A stretch of DNA of 64,000 nt from Ignavibacteriota bacterium (GCA_963776275.1 CAVZMI010000023.1:96001-160000); one strand, 5' to 3'. Positions 31,742 through 42,951 are shown, counted from the stretch's first letter. The notes: generated from the letters alone by a model not told the origin. Made by a program: numbers and translations.

Positions 31742-32220
31742 ATGAAGAATTTGTATACTACTATAATCGTGTTGCTCTTATGCGTCCTTCTCTTATCTTG
31801 CAAGAAAGACGAGAGCAATCCCACCCAAAACCCTGCAACGGGTACTGTTCAAGGTACAATAACTTATACTGGTGCCGGTGCACCAAGCGCATCTAAACTT
31901 TTGGTTGTAGGAATCTATCCCTTCAGCAACACCAACATGCAAGGTCGCCAGATGGTTCAACAATTCAATTTAGTAGTTCGTCAACATCACCATTTTCGTA
32001 CTCTTTTGCCGTGCCACCAGGAGACTACCATCTTAGTACCGCGTTTGATGCGAATGGTGATGGTAGTTTTAATTCAGGCAATACAGATCCATATTTGATT
32101 TACACGCCTACCAACTCAACAGGAACCGGAACATTTGGTACAGCTGCTGCTAAACTCACTATTATTGCAGGTCAGACTTTTACTGCAAATGTTTCATTCG
32201 GAGATACGTACAAGAAATGA
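31742..32220 (+). CDS. Small lipoprotein; one frameshift near 31946
   Basis: LLSC lipobox; shifted frame reads PPDGSTIQFSSSSTSPFSYSFAVPPGDYHL into ORF 32011..32220. Confidence 0.7.
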
Positions 32221-32258
32221 AATTTAGGAACGAATGTCCACAGCGGTCATTTAGTAAT

Positions 32259-32551
32259 TGACCTGCCCCCAAAGTGATCAAAAGTATATTATGGATCATA
32301 GGGGGCAGCAATTGGTAGTCCGATCCCACAAATGTGGGATCGAGATTTTACCCCGAGTTAATCGAGGGGCTCGTACCGACTTCCCTCGACCCGCCTTCGG
32401 CGGGCTCGGGACAGGTCGTCGGGACGGACTTATTTATCCGCCGTCCTAAAGTCGAAGATCCTGAGCCTGTCGAAGGGGACTGCTATGCTGAGGTTAACCG
32501 CTCTATCCGCTGGAGTGTTATTTACGTAGACGGAGCGCCCATTCGTTATGT
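32259..32551 (+). repeat. IS3-type left-end stub fused to an attC right arm carrying two nested palindromic inserts
   Basis: tgacctgccccc...; ag[32319-32428]ctta[32433-32534]gcgcccattcGTTATGT. Confidence 0.75.
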
Positions 32552-32592
32552 TGCAATTGCCTGTCATGATTCGAAAAACGAGGAGAAAAATC

Positions 32593-33933
32593 ATGAAAGC
32601 TCTTTTCATAACACTTCTGCTCGCTGTTGTGGTGGGCGTGTGCGATGCACAGTGGTTTCAGCAAAACAGCGGGACAACAGCAGATTTGTTTTCCGTTGCT
32701 TTCAGCGACTCTAACCATGGGGTGGTTGTTGGTGATTCAGGGTTAATCCTTCAAACCACTAATGGCGGATTAAACTGGATGCGGCGGCAGAGCCGGAGGT
32801 CTTTGGCGCTAACCTCTGTCTACTTTCTTAATCCGAGCAATGGTTGGGTTGTGGGCTATGCTGGCGATTCCGTTTTATATACATCGGATGGTGGAATCAA
32901 TTGGGTACCAAGAGGTTTGGCTAGTGGTAACTACTTGAGGTCGGTCTATTTTGTAAATCAGAATATCGGATGTGCTGGGGGCATGCAGTATGTGTTGTGG
33001 GGGAACAGGCCGTGTGTCAGCTATACTACTGACGGAGGATTTCACTGGACTAGGGCGGCATGGGATTCTACGGACTTGGGCGGTGGATTCGTTTCATCTA
33101 TTCACTTCTCAGACGAATCTCACGGCTGGCTTGTAAGAAATGAAGATGATCTGTTATATGACTCTTCAAACTTCCTTCCCCAAGTTGCTAGGACTACTGA
33201 CGGGGGTCGCTCTTGGATGTGTGTTCAACTGGGGAATGTGCACATAACTTCAATGGAGATTGTGGGGCTTAACAACATCTGGCTTGTGGGATCCACTAGC
33301 GACAGTGCGAGATATATTCTGCATTCGACAAACGCGGGTAACTCTTGGAATGCCTTAATAGGAAGGATGCGAAGTTCTCTTCAATCTGTGTGCTTCGTTG
33401 ATACAGTCAACGGCTGGGCGATTGGTCGGAATTATGATACCAGTGTAATTCATCAATCTGACACTAGTGTGATTCTAAGGACGACAAACGGCGGAATTGA
33501 TTGGAAGGAGCAATATCGAATGCCTGTTAGTCTATCGGACGCAGGGTTCCGTTCTATTTCATTTGTCGATGTGAACAACGGTTGGGTAGTTGGAAGCAAT
33601 GGCGTAATCCTTCATACGACTAATGGCGGTCTCACGTTTGTTGAATCATCAACGACAGGTGAGGTGCCAGAGACATACGCACTCAAGCAAAACTACCCGA
33701 ACCCTTTTAATCCAGCGACAAATATTTCTTTTAGTCTTCCATCAAAATTTTTTGTTACGTTGAAGGTATTTGATATTATGGGAAGAGAAGTAGCGACCAT
33801 TGTTGCCGAAGATTTATTGGCAGGAAGTTACTTGCGGCAATGGAATGCAGCAAATATGTCGAGTGGAATTTATTTCTATCGTTTACACGCTGGTTCATTT
33901 ACGGAAACTAAAAAACTAGTTTTACTCAGATAA
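32593..33933 (+). CDS. YCF48-like/BNR-repeat beta-propeller protein with T9SS sorting domain (gene cassette)
   Basis: Repeated TTNGGxxW; QNYPNPFNP tail; AGGAG RBS; bracketed by a perfect 15-bp inverted pair at 32545 and 33936-33950. Confidence 0.9.
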   Translation: MKALFITLLLAVVVGVCDAQWFQQNSGTTADLFSVAFSDSNHGVVVGDSGLILQTTNGGLNWMRRQSRRSLALTSVYFLNPSNGWVVGYAGDSVLYTSDGGINWVPRGLASGNYLRSVYFVNQNIGCAGGMQYVLWGNRPCVSYTTDGGFHWTRAAWDSTDLGGGFVSSIHFSDESHGWLVRNEDDLLYDSSNFLPQVARTTDGGRSWMCVQLGNVHITSMEIVGLNNIWLVGSTSDSARYILHSTNAGNSWNALIGRMRSSLQSVCFVDTVNGWAIGRNYDTSVIHQSDTSVILRTTNGGIDWKEQYRMPVSLSDAGFRSISFVDVNNGWVVGSNGVILHTTNGGLTFVESSTTGEVPETYALKQNYPNPFNPATNISFSLPSKFFVTLKVFDIMGREVATIVAEDLLAGSYLRQWNAANMSSGIYFYRLHAGSFTETKKLVLLR

Positions 33934-33950
33934 AACAATTGCAACATAAC

Positions 33951-34070
33951 CATTTTAAAAAGGAAAGAGTCCCCGCTAAGCGGGATTTCACAAAAAGCGT
34001 TCAACAAGTAAATAGTAATATCCCGATGTATTCGCAGCAAGGATGTTGACAACCGAACGCGACCGGCAGC
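33951..34070 (+). repeat. Repeat D copy 1 (copy 2 at 38101-38219)
   Basis: cattttaaaa(a)ggaaagagtccccgctaagcgggatttcacaaaaagcgttcaacaag...accggcagc, about 120 bp, highly similar copies. Confidence 0.9.
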
Positions 34071-34103
34071 CCTCATTACAGTGACCAGCGGAAGGATAAT
34101 TAA

Positions 34104-34514
34104 ATGGAGAAGAGTAAGTCGCTATTAATTTTATACTTTTTAATTATTAGTCTTTTGTTTGCCGCCTGTGGAAGAAGAACCATAAAAACCTCCTGCGGCG
34201 ATTTCAAGATCGGCAATCCTTTTTTCCAACCAGTGCAAACCGAAGCCGGAATGCATAACATGCTGTTATTGCCGATAAGCCGTAAGGATGGCGATACGTT
34301 ATCTGTGGATGATATACGATGCATAAAACAGTCACCTCCTTATTTCGGCAGTACATGGGATTCCGGCGGCGGATATGATCTCCGTTATCCCTGGTACGCG
34401 CGATCGAGGAATGGTGAAATGGTATTGGTGTTCGGCGGGGCTCATGTGGGTGACCCGGTGCTCTATTGGGGGGAAAATGATCCGATAAAAATGAAAATCG
34501 ACGAAAGTAGATGA
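34104..34514 (+). CDS. Hypothetical lipoprotein
   Basis: LFAAC lipobox, 136 aa. Confidence 0.65.
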   Translation: MEKSKSLLILYFLIISLLFAACGRRTIKTSCGDFKIGNPFFQPVQTEAGMHNMLLLPISRKDGDTLSVDDIRCIKQSPPYFGSTWDSGGGYDLRYPWYARSRNGEMVLVFGGAHVGDPVLYWGENDPIKMKIDESR

Positions 34515-34940
34515 AAATTCCGAAAAGGAATCTTTCTATTGAAAGACTCAAAGCCGCTCTTTCTGAATATATGCGAACATTCTGTCTGATCAGGCCAAAC
34601 GGAAAAAACTTATATAGAGAAATCTATCGAATCGATTAGCGCAAACCAACGAACGCATAACAAACGGCAAACCGGCCCGCCAGAAGATAAAGCACGGCGG
34701 GCAGGCACTTCCGCCAAAAGATTCCGCCAGCAAACGGCGGACGCACAAAACGCGACAGCATGGCGTACCCGCTCAGCCGAGTAGAAAAGCGTTCTTTGTG
34801 GGAGCGAGGCGAGCAAATGCACACTGGATAGGCGAGGGAAAAAACTATAATTGGTTCAATAAAAGTGACCAGCCCTCATAGTGATCCAAAGTATACTATG
34901 GATCAAAGGAGGCAGCAATGGGCATAAAACGATTATGCGA

Positions 34941-35012
34941 AGTGACGTTTACTTCTATCGCTTGAAGGCAGGCTCATTTGTCCAGACTAAGAAGTTGTTG
35001 ATTTTAAAATAG
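34941..35012 (+). pseudogene. Orphan 3' end of a T9SS sorting domain gene, preceded by an IS3 left-end stub at 34866
   Basis: Translates to SDVYFYRLKAGSFVQTKKLLILK-stop. Confidence 0.8.
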
Positions 35013-35035
35013 TATTGTATCGAAATATAATAACA

Positions 35036-35204
35036 CGGCAGCTCTCGTTAGGGCTGCCGTTTGATTATTAGCAGCTGATTGCTTACTTTCAATTGTTCCT
35101 CCAAAGATACATCCGACAACCAGCGTTGTATTGAGTTATAGATATTCGAGCGGTATATTAATCAAAACTAATCAGTGCTATAGCTTGGCTCCAGTCTATT
35201 AGGT
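35036..35204 (+). repeat. Repeat A copy 4 running into a degenerate attC right arm
   Basis: ...actaatcagtgctatagcttggctccagtctATTAGGT. Confidence 0.8.
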
Positions 35205-35323
35205 GGCACCCGACAGTCTACTTTCAGAGGTTATTACACACTGCCCGTTTCAAAGTCCCGTTTTTGTGGGCACGTGTATCACAAACTACCTGCGATTGCA
35301 GGTAAGACAAAGGAGAAATTAAA

Positions 35324-36094
35324 ATGGGCATCTTTAGAAATCTTTCGACACACATTTACATGAAGCACATCAGTATGTGTTCTTGCGTTATTATCTCTCT
35401 GTTCATATTGAATGGCTGTAATTCTGAAGAGAAGGATTGGAATCAGACGCAGACTATCAATAAAATCGATAGTTATACTGACTTTATTAAGAAATACCCC
35501 GAAAGCCAATATGTGGATTCCGCAAAAGTGTTAATCAATGAGATAGGAAAAAAGAATAGACTAGAAAAAGTGTTAGCAACTCGAGACATCGATGCATTAA
35601 AAGCATTTGTATCTGATAGTGCAAACGAAGATATATTGAAGCGCTTTAAGATCAAGGCTGGTGATTCAATAACACTTGCTTCACAGCCGGAGAAAGCAAA
35701 AAAGGGCTACCAACTCTCATTAAAGCCCTCAAAAGAACATGGAAATTTTGATTATTTAATATCGATTCCGCCCAATACCAATGTGGATGTTGATTTCAAG
35801 GAAGATGTTCATGTCAAAATCGTAAAGGGAGATCTTGTGGTGTCTATCAAAAACGGTTATACTGCAGGCTATGTTACCACAAACAAAGAAGCAACCTTAT
35901 TAATAAAAGTGAAAGATAATAGAAAAATCATTCTTAGTGCAGAATATGTCAATGTTGACTCTAATATGTTTGTGTATCTGACTGAATCAGAATTTATCAT
36001 TACACGTACAGAAAGTGCGTCGATAAGAAGGGAATTGTTGAAGAACTCCTTTTCCTTATCAAAAGGAGAAATTTATTATGTGAAATTCGACTGA
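35324..36094 (+). CDS. Hypothetical lipoprotein
   Basis: LNGC lipobox; YTDFIKKYPESQY motif; true start may be 35360. Confidence 0.65.
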   Translation: MGIFRNLSTHIYMKHISMCSCVIISLFILNGCNSEEKDWNQTQTINKIDSYTDFIKKYPESQYVDSAKVLINEIGKKNRLEKVLATRDIDALKAFVSDSANEDILKRFKIKAGDSITLASQPEKAKKGYQLSLKPSKEHGNFDYLISIPPNTNVDVDFKEDVHVKIVKGDLVVSIKNGYTAGYVTTNKEATLLIKVKDNRKIILSAEYVNVDSNMFVYLTESEFIITRTESASIRRELLKNSFSLSKGEIYYVKFD

Positions 36095-36288
36095 TTTGTT
36101 AGGTCTAAAATGTGAGTAGGTGTAGTTGTGCTTGTATGTCTTCACACAAATTAAAATCATTCAAGCTAAAAATTACTTGAGAATTTTCAAGAGTCACACT
36201 ATGCGACAGCTCTACTTCAGGGCTGCCGTTTGATCATTATCCTTGTATCGGTTCAGTCCGCCAGCGAACGGCGGGCAGGCGAATCGAC

Positions 36289-37002
36289 CTATAGTTTTTT
36301 CAGATATGACCAGGGCCAATTCTCATAAAAATCGACCAATCCTGCTGAGACAGGATTCATGAGAATATAATCGACGATACGTGATAAATCGTTATCATCT
36401 CTCACTACGTGATCGTAGCTTTCGTTTTGCCAAAAAGCACCATTCCGAATTAGAATGCGGTTTGCCTCACGCGCGGTATAACGTTTCAATGATTGCATTA
36501 TTCGAAATAACGGTGGGCTGTTGTAGGTCGGAATGTCATTCCGACCTACATCGTTTACGGCCGATTCTTCAACTTGATTTGTAGTATTTATTTCAAATAC
36601 CATATGCACATGATTTGGCATGATACAATATGAGAGCAAACCGTATTCTTTCTGATCACGATGATGGATGGATTTTTTCACAATGCTAGCAATTTGCGGA
36701 TCTATCAACCATAGCGGACCTGTTTCGTTTTTATCGAGCAATCTATCGAATCGAGCAAAATAATCATCATTAAATTCCATCCACTCATCCGTTCGGGTTT
36801 TACGATTATCGATTTCTTCGATACGTTTTTTCACCCGTTCACGATCATAGCGCAACTGTTCAATCGCTTCCGCAGGTAAAGACCCTGCTAATCTAAACGT
36901 CACAAAATATGTTGCCTCTGACGGTTGATAGTGCGGGAGGTGGCGGCGATAGTAGAACTTGTCTACCGAGTTAGATTGTAGTGAGTTTATTGTAGTCTTC
37001 AT
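36289..37002 (-). mobile_element. REP-associated tyrosine transposase (RAYT, Y1 HUH family)
   Basis: RRHLPHY...YFVTFRL, IMPNHVH (HUH), WQNESYDHVVRD, YILMNPV; GTAG palindromes at 36522-36550 (intragenic), 37092-37116 and 37129-37154. Confidence 0.92.
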
Positions 37003-37262
37003 AATAATATGTTGGTATATATATTTACCGTGGGAATAGAGGATTCTGTGACAGTGGATTGTGGATAAGCGAGTCAGGTTGTCGCTTTTATGGTCGATTC
37101 GGCGAATCGACCTACATTGTTTACACATTGTAGGTCGGGATGCTATCCCGACCATAAACGGATATGGTCGAATCGGCCCGCCACTACACTCCGGCGCGGG
37201 CACATCCGGCTCGGATTCCCATGGATAAGACCTCTAATCGCTTTATCCGTCTCTCTTTTAAT

Positions 37263-37414
37263 GGCAGTTCTAGGTTAGGGCTGCCGTTTGATTATATGGA
37301 GTGGATTTCGTACCATTCAATTGTACCCACAAGATACATCCGAAAACCAGCGTTGTAGTGAGTCATAAATAATCAAGCTTATCGGTGACACAGCTTAGTG
37401 GCCATCCGTTAGGC
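37263..37414 (+). repeat. Repeat A copy 6 ending in attC right arm (R' GTTAGGC at 37408)
   Basis: cagcttagtggccatccGTTAGGC. Confidence 0.85.
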
Positions 37415-37435
37415 GCCCGCAAGGATAATTTTGTT

Positions 37436-38088
37436 ATGAAGAAGTCCGTATTACTATATATCCTAGTGACACTCATATTTTTGGCTCAGTCCTGTAAAGA
37501 CAAGTCTGTCGAACCAGAAATACCATCTGACATCGCTGTATTCGTCCAAAGCCAGAATCTTCCAAAGGTGCAACCAATTAAGATTTTCCTTGAAATTCAG
37601 CAGGAGAATCTAATAGCCTTTAAGGTTAGCTATGGAGAAGCTCAAGATTGTCAATCGGGTTGTTTCTACAGCATCGCTTATGGCCTCAAGGTGCGGACGA
37701 AGATTGGCTGGCTCCGAATCAACGACTATGACCAGAACGACCTTAGCCATGTCATCAACTACGACTTTGACAGCACTGAAACGATCCTTTTTTCAAATCC
37801 ATTTTGGGATCAATTGAACGCAGCTGATTATTGGGTGTACCGATATGCTTTTCTCCCCTTGCTTGTTAGTGACAAGGACGTCCCTACGAATGTTCTCCAG
37901 CGAATAGCTGAAGGATTATACACGTATATTGATTCTTACTTAGCTTCTTTGTTGCTACTTAATTCAAAGGTTCAGGAAAGTAAGCCATTCTCACACTTCT
38001 TGCGGAATTACCCGTATTTCAGGGTGATGCTTATCAGGAAGTACGAGGAAAGGCTCGCGAACTGCTGAATTCACTTGGAAATGGTTGA
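37436..38088 (+). CDS. Hypothetical lipoprotein cassette; probable frameshift near 37983
   Basis: AQSC lipobox; shifted frame continues AILTLLAELPVFQGDAYQEVRGKARELL to TGA 38088, next to R''-like gcccaac. Confidence 0.65.
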
Positions 38089-38242
38089 GGGCAGCCCAAC
38101 CATTTTAAAAGGAAAGAGTCCCCGCTAAGCGGGATTTCACAAAAAGCGTTCAACAAGTAAATAGTAATCTCCCGATGAATCCGCAACAAGGATATTGACA
38201 ACCGAACACAACCGGCAGCACGCGATGACGGACGGCGAGATT

Positions 38243-38314
38243 TGGTTCCATCACTTTAATCCATACATCTAGCTTCAGGGTTGCTTCTACTTCGATCTAA
38301 AGCCGGGCGGCATC
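38243..38314. repeat. Repeat C copy 1 of 4 (others 41099-41172, 44735-44808, 48435-48507)
   Basis: ttccatcaYtttaatccatacat-variable core-agRgttgcttctacttcgatctaWagcc(g)ggcggcatc. Confidence 0.9.
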
Positions 38315-38523
38315 ACGAAAGCAGGTTCAAATAGTATTTTCTGTAATATTTTTTGTTGGGAAAATATCGCGGATATATGGGCGAAGGATCATGGAAGTAA
38401 GACAGGTGTATGATAATAAAAAAAAGCAATTATCATTGGTACATCATTCGGGGGCAGGTCAATCAATAATTTTATAGCGACACTTGATCGGAGACACCTC
38501 AATTGAGAACCAAAAGTGGGAAT

Positions 38524-40998
38524 ATGAATCGAACAGAGATAGATAATTCCAGAAATCGGATGATTATTATTGTCCTCCTGTCGATGTTCGTCGCATTGAC
38601 ACACATTCAGCAATCTCCTGGCCAGACGACGCCATATGCCTGGAAGAGCGTTATCGTCGGTTGCGGAGGATTTGTGCCCGGGATAGTGTACCATCCTGTT
38701 GTGAAGGACCTGATGTATGCCCGCACCGATATCGGTGGCGCTTATCGATGGGATAAATCGATCAGCAAGTGGATACCATTGAACGATGAATTGACGATCA
38801 ACAATCTGGATGCCGAATACATGGGTGTACTTTCCATTGCCGTCGATCGAAATGACACGAATCGCGTTTATATGGAATGCGGGGAATGGACAGAAGCGTG
38901 GGCACAGCCAGGGGCTCTTTTTTCCTCGACAGACAAGGGTAATTCATGGACGATTCATCGATTGTCGGTTAAAATCGGCGGGGATGAGGATGGACGAGGC
39001 GCAGGAGAAAGACTTCAAGTGGATCCGAATTTAAACTCCATTCTTTTCATGGGGACAACAGCCGACGGATTATGGAAATCTACAAACTATGCGTCTACCT
39101 GGACAAGAATTTCTTCCTTCACTCCGACAAATGTGAATTTTGTTTTATTTGATTCGACGGGCGGCTCTTATGGCGACACTACGCAACGTATTTTTGTGGC
39201 CGCTGCCAATACAACCGGTAAAAGTCTGTATCGAAGCGATGACGGAGGTGCTTCATGGAGAGTTGTGGAAGGGCAACCGGGTGGGGTGATGGCGATAAGG
39301 GCGGCTCTCGCCGATAGCATACTCTATATAACGTTTTCAGATTACCCGGGTCCGAACGGTGCAACCGCAGGTTCCGTATGGAAATATAGCATCCCGGTGG
39401 GAAATTGGACGGATATCAGTCCGTCATCAGGTTATTACGGATTCAGCGGCGTTTCTGTTTGCTCCCAAAATCCGGATATTGTCATAGTGAGTACACTCGA
39501 TCGTTGGTCACCGATGGATGAAATATATCTTTCCACAAATGGCGGTGGTACCTGGTCTTCCCGCCTTTCAAATGCCACCATTGATTGTAGCTATGCGAAT
39601 TACAATAAAAATCTGAATCGCGAATGGCTTGCCTGCCTGGAAATAGATCCCTTTGATTCAAGCGGGGCGATGTTCGGAACCGGATACGGAATTTGGGTGT
39701 GTAACGATATCTATGCTTCCACTCCGACATGGTTTTTCAGGGATGAGAATGTGGAAGAAACCCAGACGTTTCAAATCGTCACTCCTCCGTATACAAATCT
39801 TTTATCGGCCATGGGAGACGTTGACGGATTCAGGCATGATAGTCTTGATGTATCTCCGCCGGATAAATACAGTCCGGCAAAATGGTCGACAACGTCCATT
39901 GCGTTCGCTGAAAATGCACCTGAAAAAGTTGTCAAGACTTACAACTCTCCATCCTGGGTTTCAGTCGATCATGGTGCCTACTCACTCGATGGAACGATCA
40001 CGTGGCACGATTTCGATACATGGCCGGCCGGAACATCCGATGGCGGCGTGTGGTCTATCGCACTTTCGGCAGACGGGAGCACTATAGTATGGAGTCCGAT
40101 CGGATCGGTGATGTCATATTCTACAGACGATGGATCAACATGGACGGCCTGTGGCGGCGGTGTCCCACTCATCTCTCCGGTTGCGGATAGGGTCAATACG
40201 GAAAAATTTTATGCTTATGATGGAATAAACGGACAACTATGGATTTCTTCGGATGGTGGAAAAACTTTTCAAAGAGGTGTTGGAAATTTGCCGGATGTTC
40301 CAAGCTGGCTCCCGCAGGACGGAAATATTTCCGCGGTACCGGGTCATGAGGGAGATCTTTGGATTTGCTGCGGCCAGGGCGGACTTTACCGAACTACCAA
40401 CTCGGGCGTAACAGCGACGAAAATTAATGCCGTAACTGCGGCTTATCGTGCAGGATTCGGCAAGGCATTGAATGCGGGTGGTTACCCTTCCATCTATATG
40501 TTTGGAACCGTCAAAAGTGCATTGGGTTTTTTCCGTTCGGATGACATTGGCGCATCATGGACAAGAATCAATGACGACAAGCATCAGTACGGAAAGATTA
40601 ATCAGATTATGGGCGATCCATGGGTTTATGGCAGGTGTTATGTGACACCGGTCGGACGAGGGATATTATATGGAGAACCGGTTGATAGCACATCTACATC
40701 CGTTGAGAGTAAGGGGGTGATTAGCAATATTCCCGCTGAATATGGATTGTTCCAGAATTATCCTAACCCCTTCAATCCGTCGACAACTATTTCTTTTAGC
40801 CTTCCAACACGGTCTTTTGTCTCGCTGAAAGTATTTGATTTGATAGGAAGAGAGGTCGCAACAATTGTCTCGGAAGAATTGTCGGCGGGGAATTACTCGC
40901 GGCAATGGAATGCGACAAATATGCCGAGCGGGATTTACTTTTATCGTTTACAGGCAGGTATATTTACAGAAACGAAGAAACTTGTTTTGCTGAGGTAA
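38524..40998 (+). CDS. GH74 xyloglucanase-like protein with T9SS sorting domain
   Basis: GGFVPGIVYHP, YARTDIGGAYRW, GRGAGERLQVDP, LSAMGDVDGFRH, GRGILYG; an IS3 right end finishes at 38461 just upstream; start uncertain. Confidence 0.9.
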   Translation: MNRTEIDNSRNRMIIIVLLSMFVALTHIQQSPGQTTPYAWKSVIVGCGGFVPGIVYHPVVKDLMYARTDIGGAYRWDKSISKWIPLNDELTINNLDAEYMGVLSIAVDRNDTNRVYMECGEWTEAWAQPGALFSSTDKGNSWTIHRLSVKIGGDEDGRGAGERLQVDPNLNSILFMGTTADGLWKSTNYASTWTRISSFTPTNVNFVLFDSTGGSYGDTTQRIFVAAANTTGKSLYRSDDGGASWRVVEGQPGGVMAIRAALADSILYITFSDYPGPNGATAGSVWKYSIPVGNWTDISPSSGYYGFSGVSVCSQNPDIVIVSTLDRWSPMDEIYLSTNGGGTWSSRLSNATIDCSYANYNKNLNREWLACLEIDPFDSSGAMFGTGYGIWVCNDIYASTPTWFFRDENVEETQTFQIVTPPYTNLLSAMGDVDGFRHDSLDVSPPDKYSPAKWSTTSIAFAENAPEKVVKTYNSPSWVSVDHGAYSLDGTITWHDFDTWPAGTSDGGVWSIALSADGSTIVWSPIGSVMSYSTDDGSTWTACGGGVPLISPVADRVNTEKFYAYDGINGQLWISSDGGKTFQRGVGNLPDVPSWLPQDGNISAVPGHEGDLWICCGQGGLYRTTNSGVTATKINAVTAAYRAGFGKALNAGGYPSIYMFGTVKSALGFFRSDDIGASWTRINDDKHQYGKINQIMGDPWVYGRCYVTPVGRGILYGEPVDSTSTSVESKGVISNIPAEYGLFQNYPNPFNPSTTISFSLPTRSFVSLKVFDLIGREVATIVSEELSAGNYSRQWNATNMPSGIYFYRLQAGIFTETKKLVLLR

Positions 40999-41466
40999 CG
41001 GGCCTGCACGCCGAAGGGCTGCGTTTCGGCCCGCAGGCGGGCAACTGCAACTAACACTTTAACTAAGATCAAAATATCCGCCAGAGATCAGTGGGCATTG
41101 GTTCCATCATTTTAATCCATACATCAAGTCTCTAGAGTTGCTTCTACTTCGATCTATAGCCGGGGCGGCATCGAACATTAAAAATGGTTGCCTTTCGGGG
41201 AGGCGTTTATATTATTAACGTAATCGTTGACGATTTTGTGACAAGCCGGTGAAAGGTAAAATGTACGGTAAGGCGTTATTGTTTGCTTTTTGTCCCGTGT
41301 TTACTTAAAATCGTGGAAATCATCAGCTGTGCATAACTGTAAAAAGACTCCGGCTTCTACTCTATCTATAATAGATATGATTTTTGTATACGGTAATCAG
41401 ATATTTGCAGAAACTTCTTTCATAAAAATTCTTTTCTTCATTTTATCCTAACAGGAAGGCTCTGAG

Positions 41467-42711
41467 ATGAAAAACTTACGAGACTCAAAACTTTTCATCC
41501 CCGCTGTGGTTGTGGCCGCATTGATTATCGGAGGATTATTATTTTATGGCTTATATAAGGTATATATAAGCTATCGGATGCAACACCAGCCCAATATGCG
41601 GATCGTTCTCGAGGTTAATATCCCCATGTTTCTTGAAAGCCAGGCAAAGAATAGCGATGAACCTTTTTCATCTCTATTCAAAGAAATAAAACAGGAAGCG
41701 GAGAGTAATCAAGATTCCGATATAGTGCAGATATTAAAAAGGAAGTTCCAGGAGAAACAAATCCGCATGAGCCGGTATTATGGCTCTATAAGCGACAGCG
41801 ACGATGATATCACCAGAGAGCTACGTATTCAATCAGATGCCGTGGTTGATCGCGATGTAGATATCATCCGCAAGCGGTTGGATCAGTACGGTGTCTATGA
41901 GCCATCCGTTCAGAAAATGGGTCTCAACAGAATCATTGTCAAACTTCCCGTGGCATCGGTGGATGAACATTCCCAGTCGACGATTCGAAGTCTGTTTAAT
42001 ACCGCGTGTCTCGAATTCAAGCTTCTTAAAGACCCTGAAATATCCTATAAGATAATGACGACACTCGATAGATTCCTTGCCGGAAAAGGAATTAACGACT
42101 CGCTGGAAGTCGCCGTTTCCGACAGAATCGCCATGTCTCAGGGCGATACGGCACTGCTTGCAAAATACCATCCTTTCCTCATCATCGCCAGGCCCGATTC
42201 TCACGGTTCAGGAACCGCGTACGTTGCCGAGGACGACAGGGCAAAAATCAATAGAATTCTGAGCCGGGAAGATGTGAAGCTCCTTGTCCCGGATGATGTT
42301 CAGTTCCTCTGGAGCAATAAACCAGCGTTCAACCGTCAGGATGGCCGCCGTTATTACGAACTATTTACAGTAAAGGCAACTCCGGAGCTTACAGGCGGCG
42401 TCATCGTGAATGCTCGCGCTGTCATGGGTGATTCCAGACAACCTGAAGTTACTATGGAAATGAACAGTGAGGGTGCCCGTGAATGGGCCCGCATCACAGG
42501 CGCCAATATCAATAAATGTATGGCAATTATCCTTGATAGCGCAGTATATTCAGCACCGCGCATTTTATCAAAAATAACTGGAGGACGTTCACAGATCACC
42601 GGAATGCAAAGCATCGAAGAGGCAAAAATCCTTGAAATTGTTCTGAAAGAGGGGGCGATTCCTGCACGTCTGGAAATTATCAAGCAGGAAATCGTTGAAC
42701 CTGGAAAATAA
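41467..42711 (+). CDS. SecD-like protein consisting only of TM1 plus the periplasmic P1 domain
   Basis: IIRKRLDQYGVYEPSVQK, LEFKL, WARITGANI, AIILDSAVYSAP, VLKEGAIPA then stop before the TM2-6 block. Confidence 0.8.
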   Translation: MKNLRDSKLFIPAVVVAALIIGGLLFYGLYKVYISYRMQHQPNMRIVLEVNIPMFLESQAKNSDEPFSSLFKEIKQEAESNQDSDIVQILKRKFQEKQIRMSRYYGSISDSDDDITRELRIQSDAVVDRDVDIIRKRLDQYGVYEPSVQKMGLNRIIVKLPVASVDEHSQSTIRSLFNTACLEFKLLKDPEISYKIMTTLDRFLAGKGINDSLEVAVSDRIAMSQGDTALLAKYHPFLIIARPDSHGSGTAYVAEDDRAKINRILSREDVKLLVPDDVQFLWSNKPAFNRQDGRRYYELFTVKATPELTGGVIVNARAVMGDSRQPEVTMEMNSEGAREWARITGANINKCMAIILDSAVYSAPRILSKITGGRSQITGMQSIEEAKILEIVLKEGAIPARLEIIKQEIVEPGK

Positions 42712-42951
42712 TGGCATTCCTCCAACGACTCTAAACAGTGTCCTAAGGGTCACCGAAGGGTGGCGAAAACATGACAACAGGGTGAAGAAATAGTTACAAC
42801 ACGGCATCCCCTTTGCCTATCGAGGATTCGCGCAGGTAGTTCGTCAACCTCCCTATTTGTTATTTCCAATTATTTGTATAATATTCATGTATTGATGGAA
42901 ATAATTGTATCAGGTCGTTACTATTTAAAACCAAAATACAATGGAGGTAAT

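Noticed and set aside
34640-34830. CA-rich stretch starting gcataac with nested ccgcc/ggcgg palindromes as another attC
   Set aside because: No matching right arm could be found and it is too degenerate to call
38243-38314. Repeat C as a group II intron end or known riboswitch
   Set aside because: No GTGCG 5' end in register, no domain V/VI and no reverse transcriptase; no aptamer consensus that I recognise
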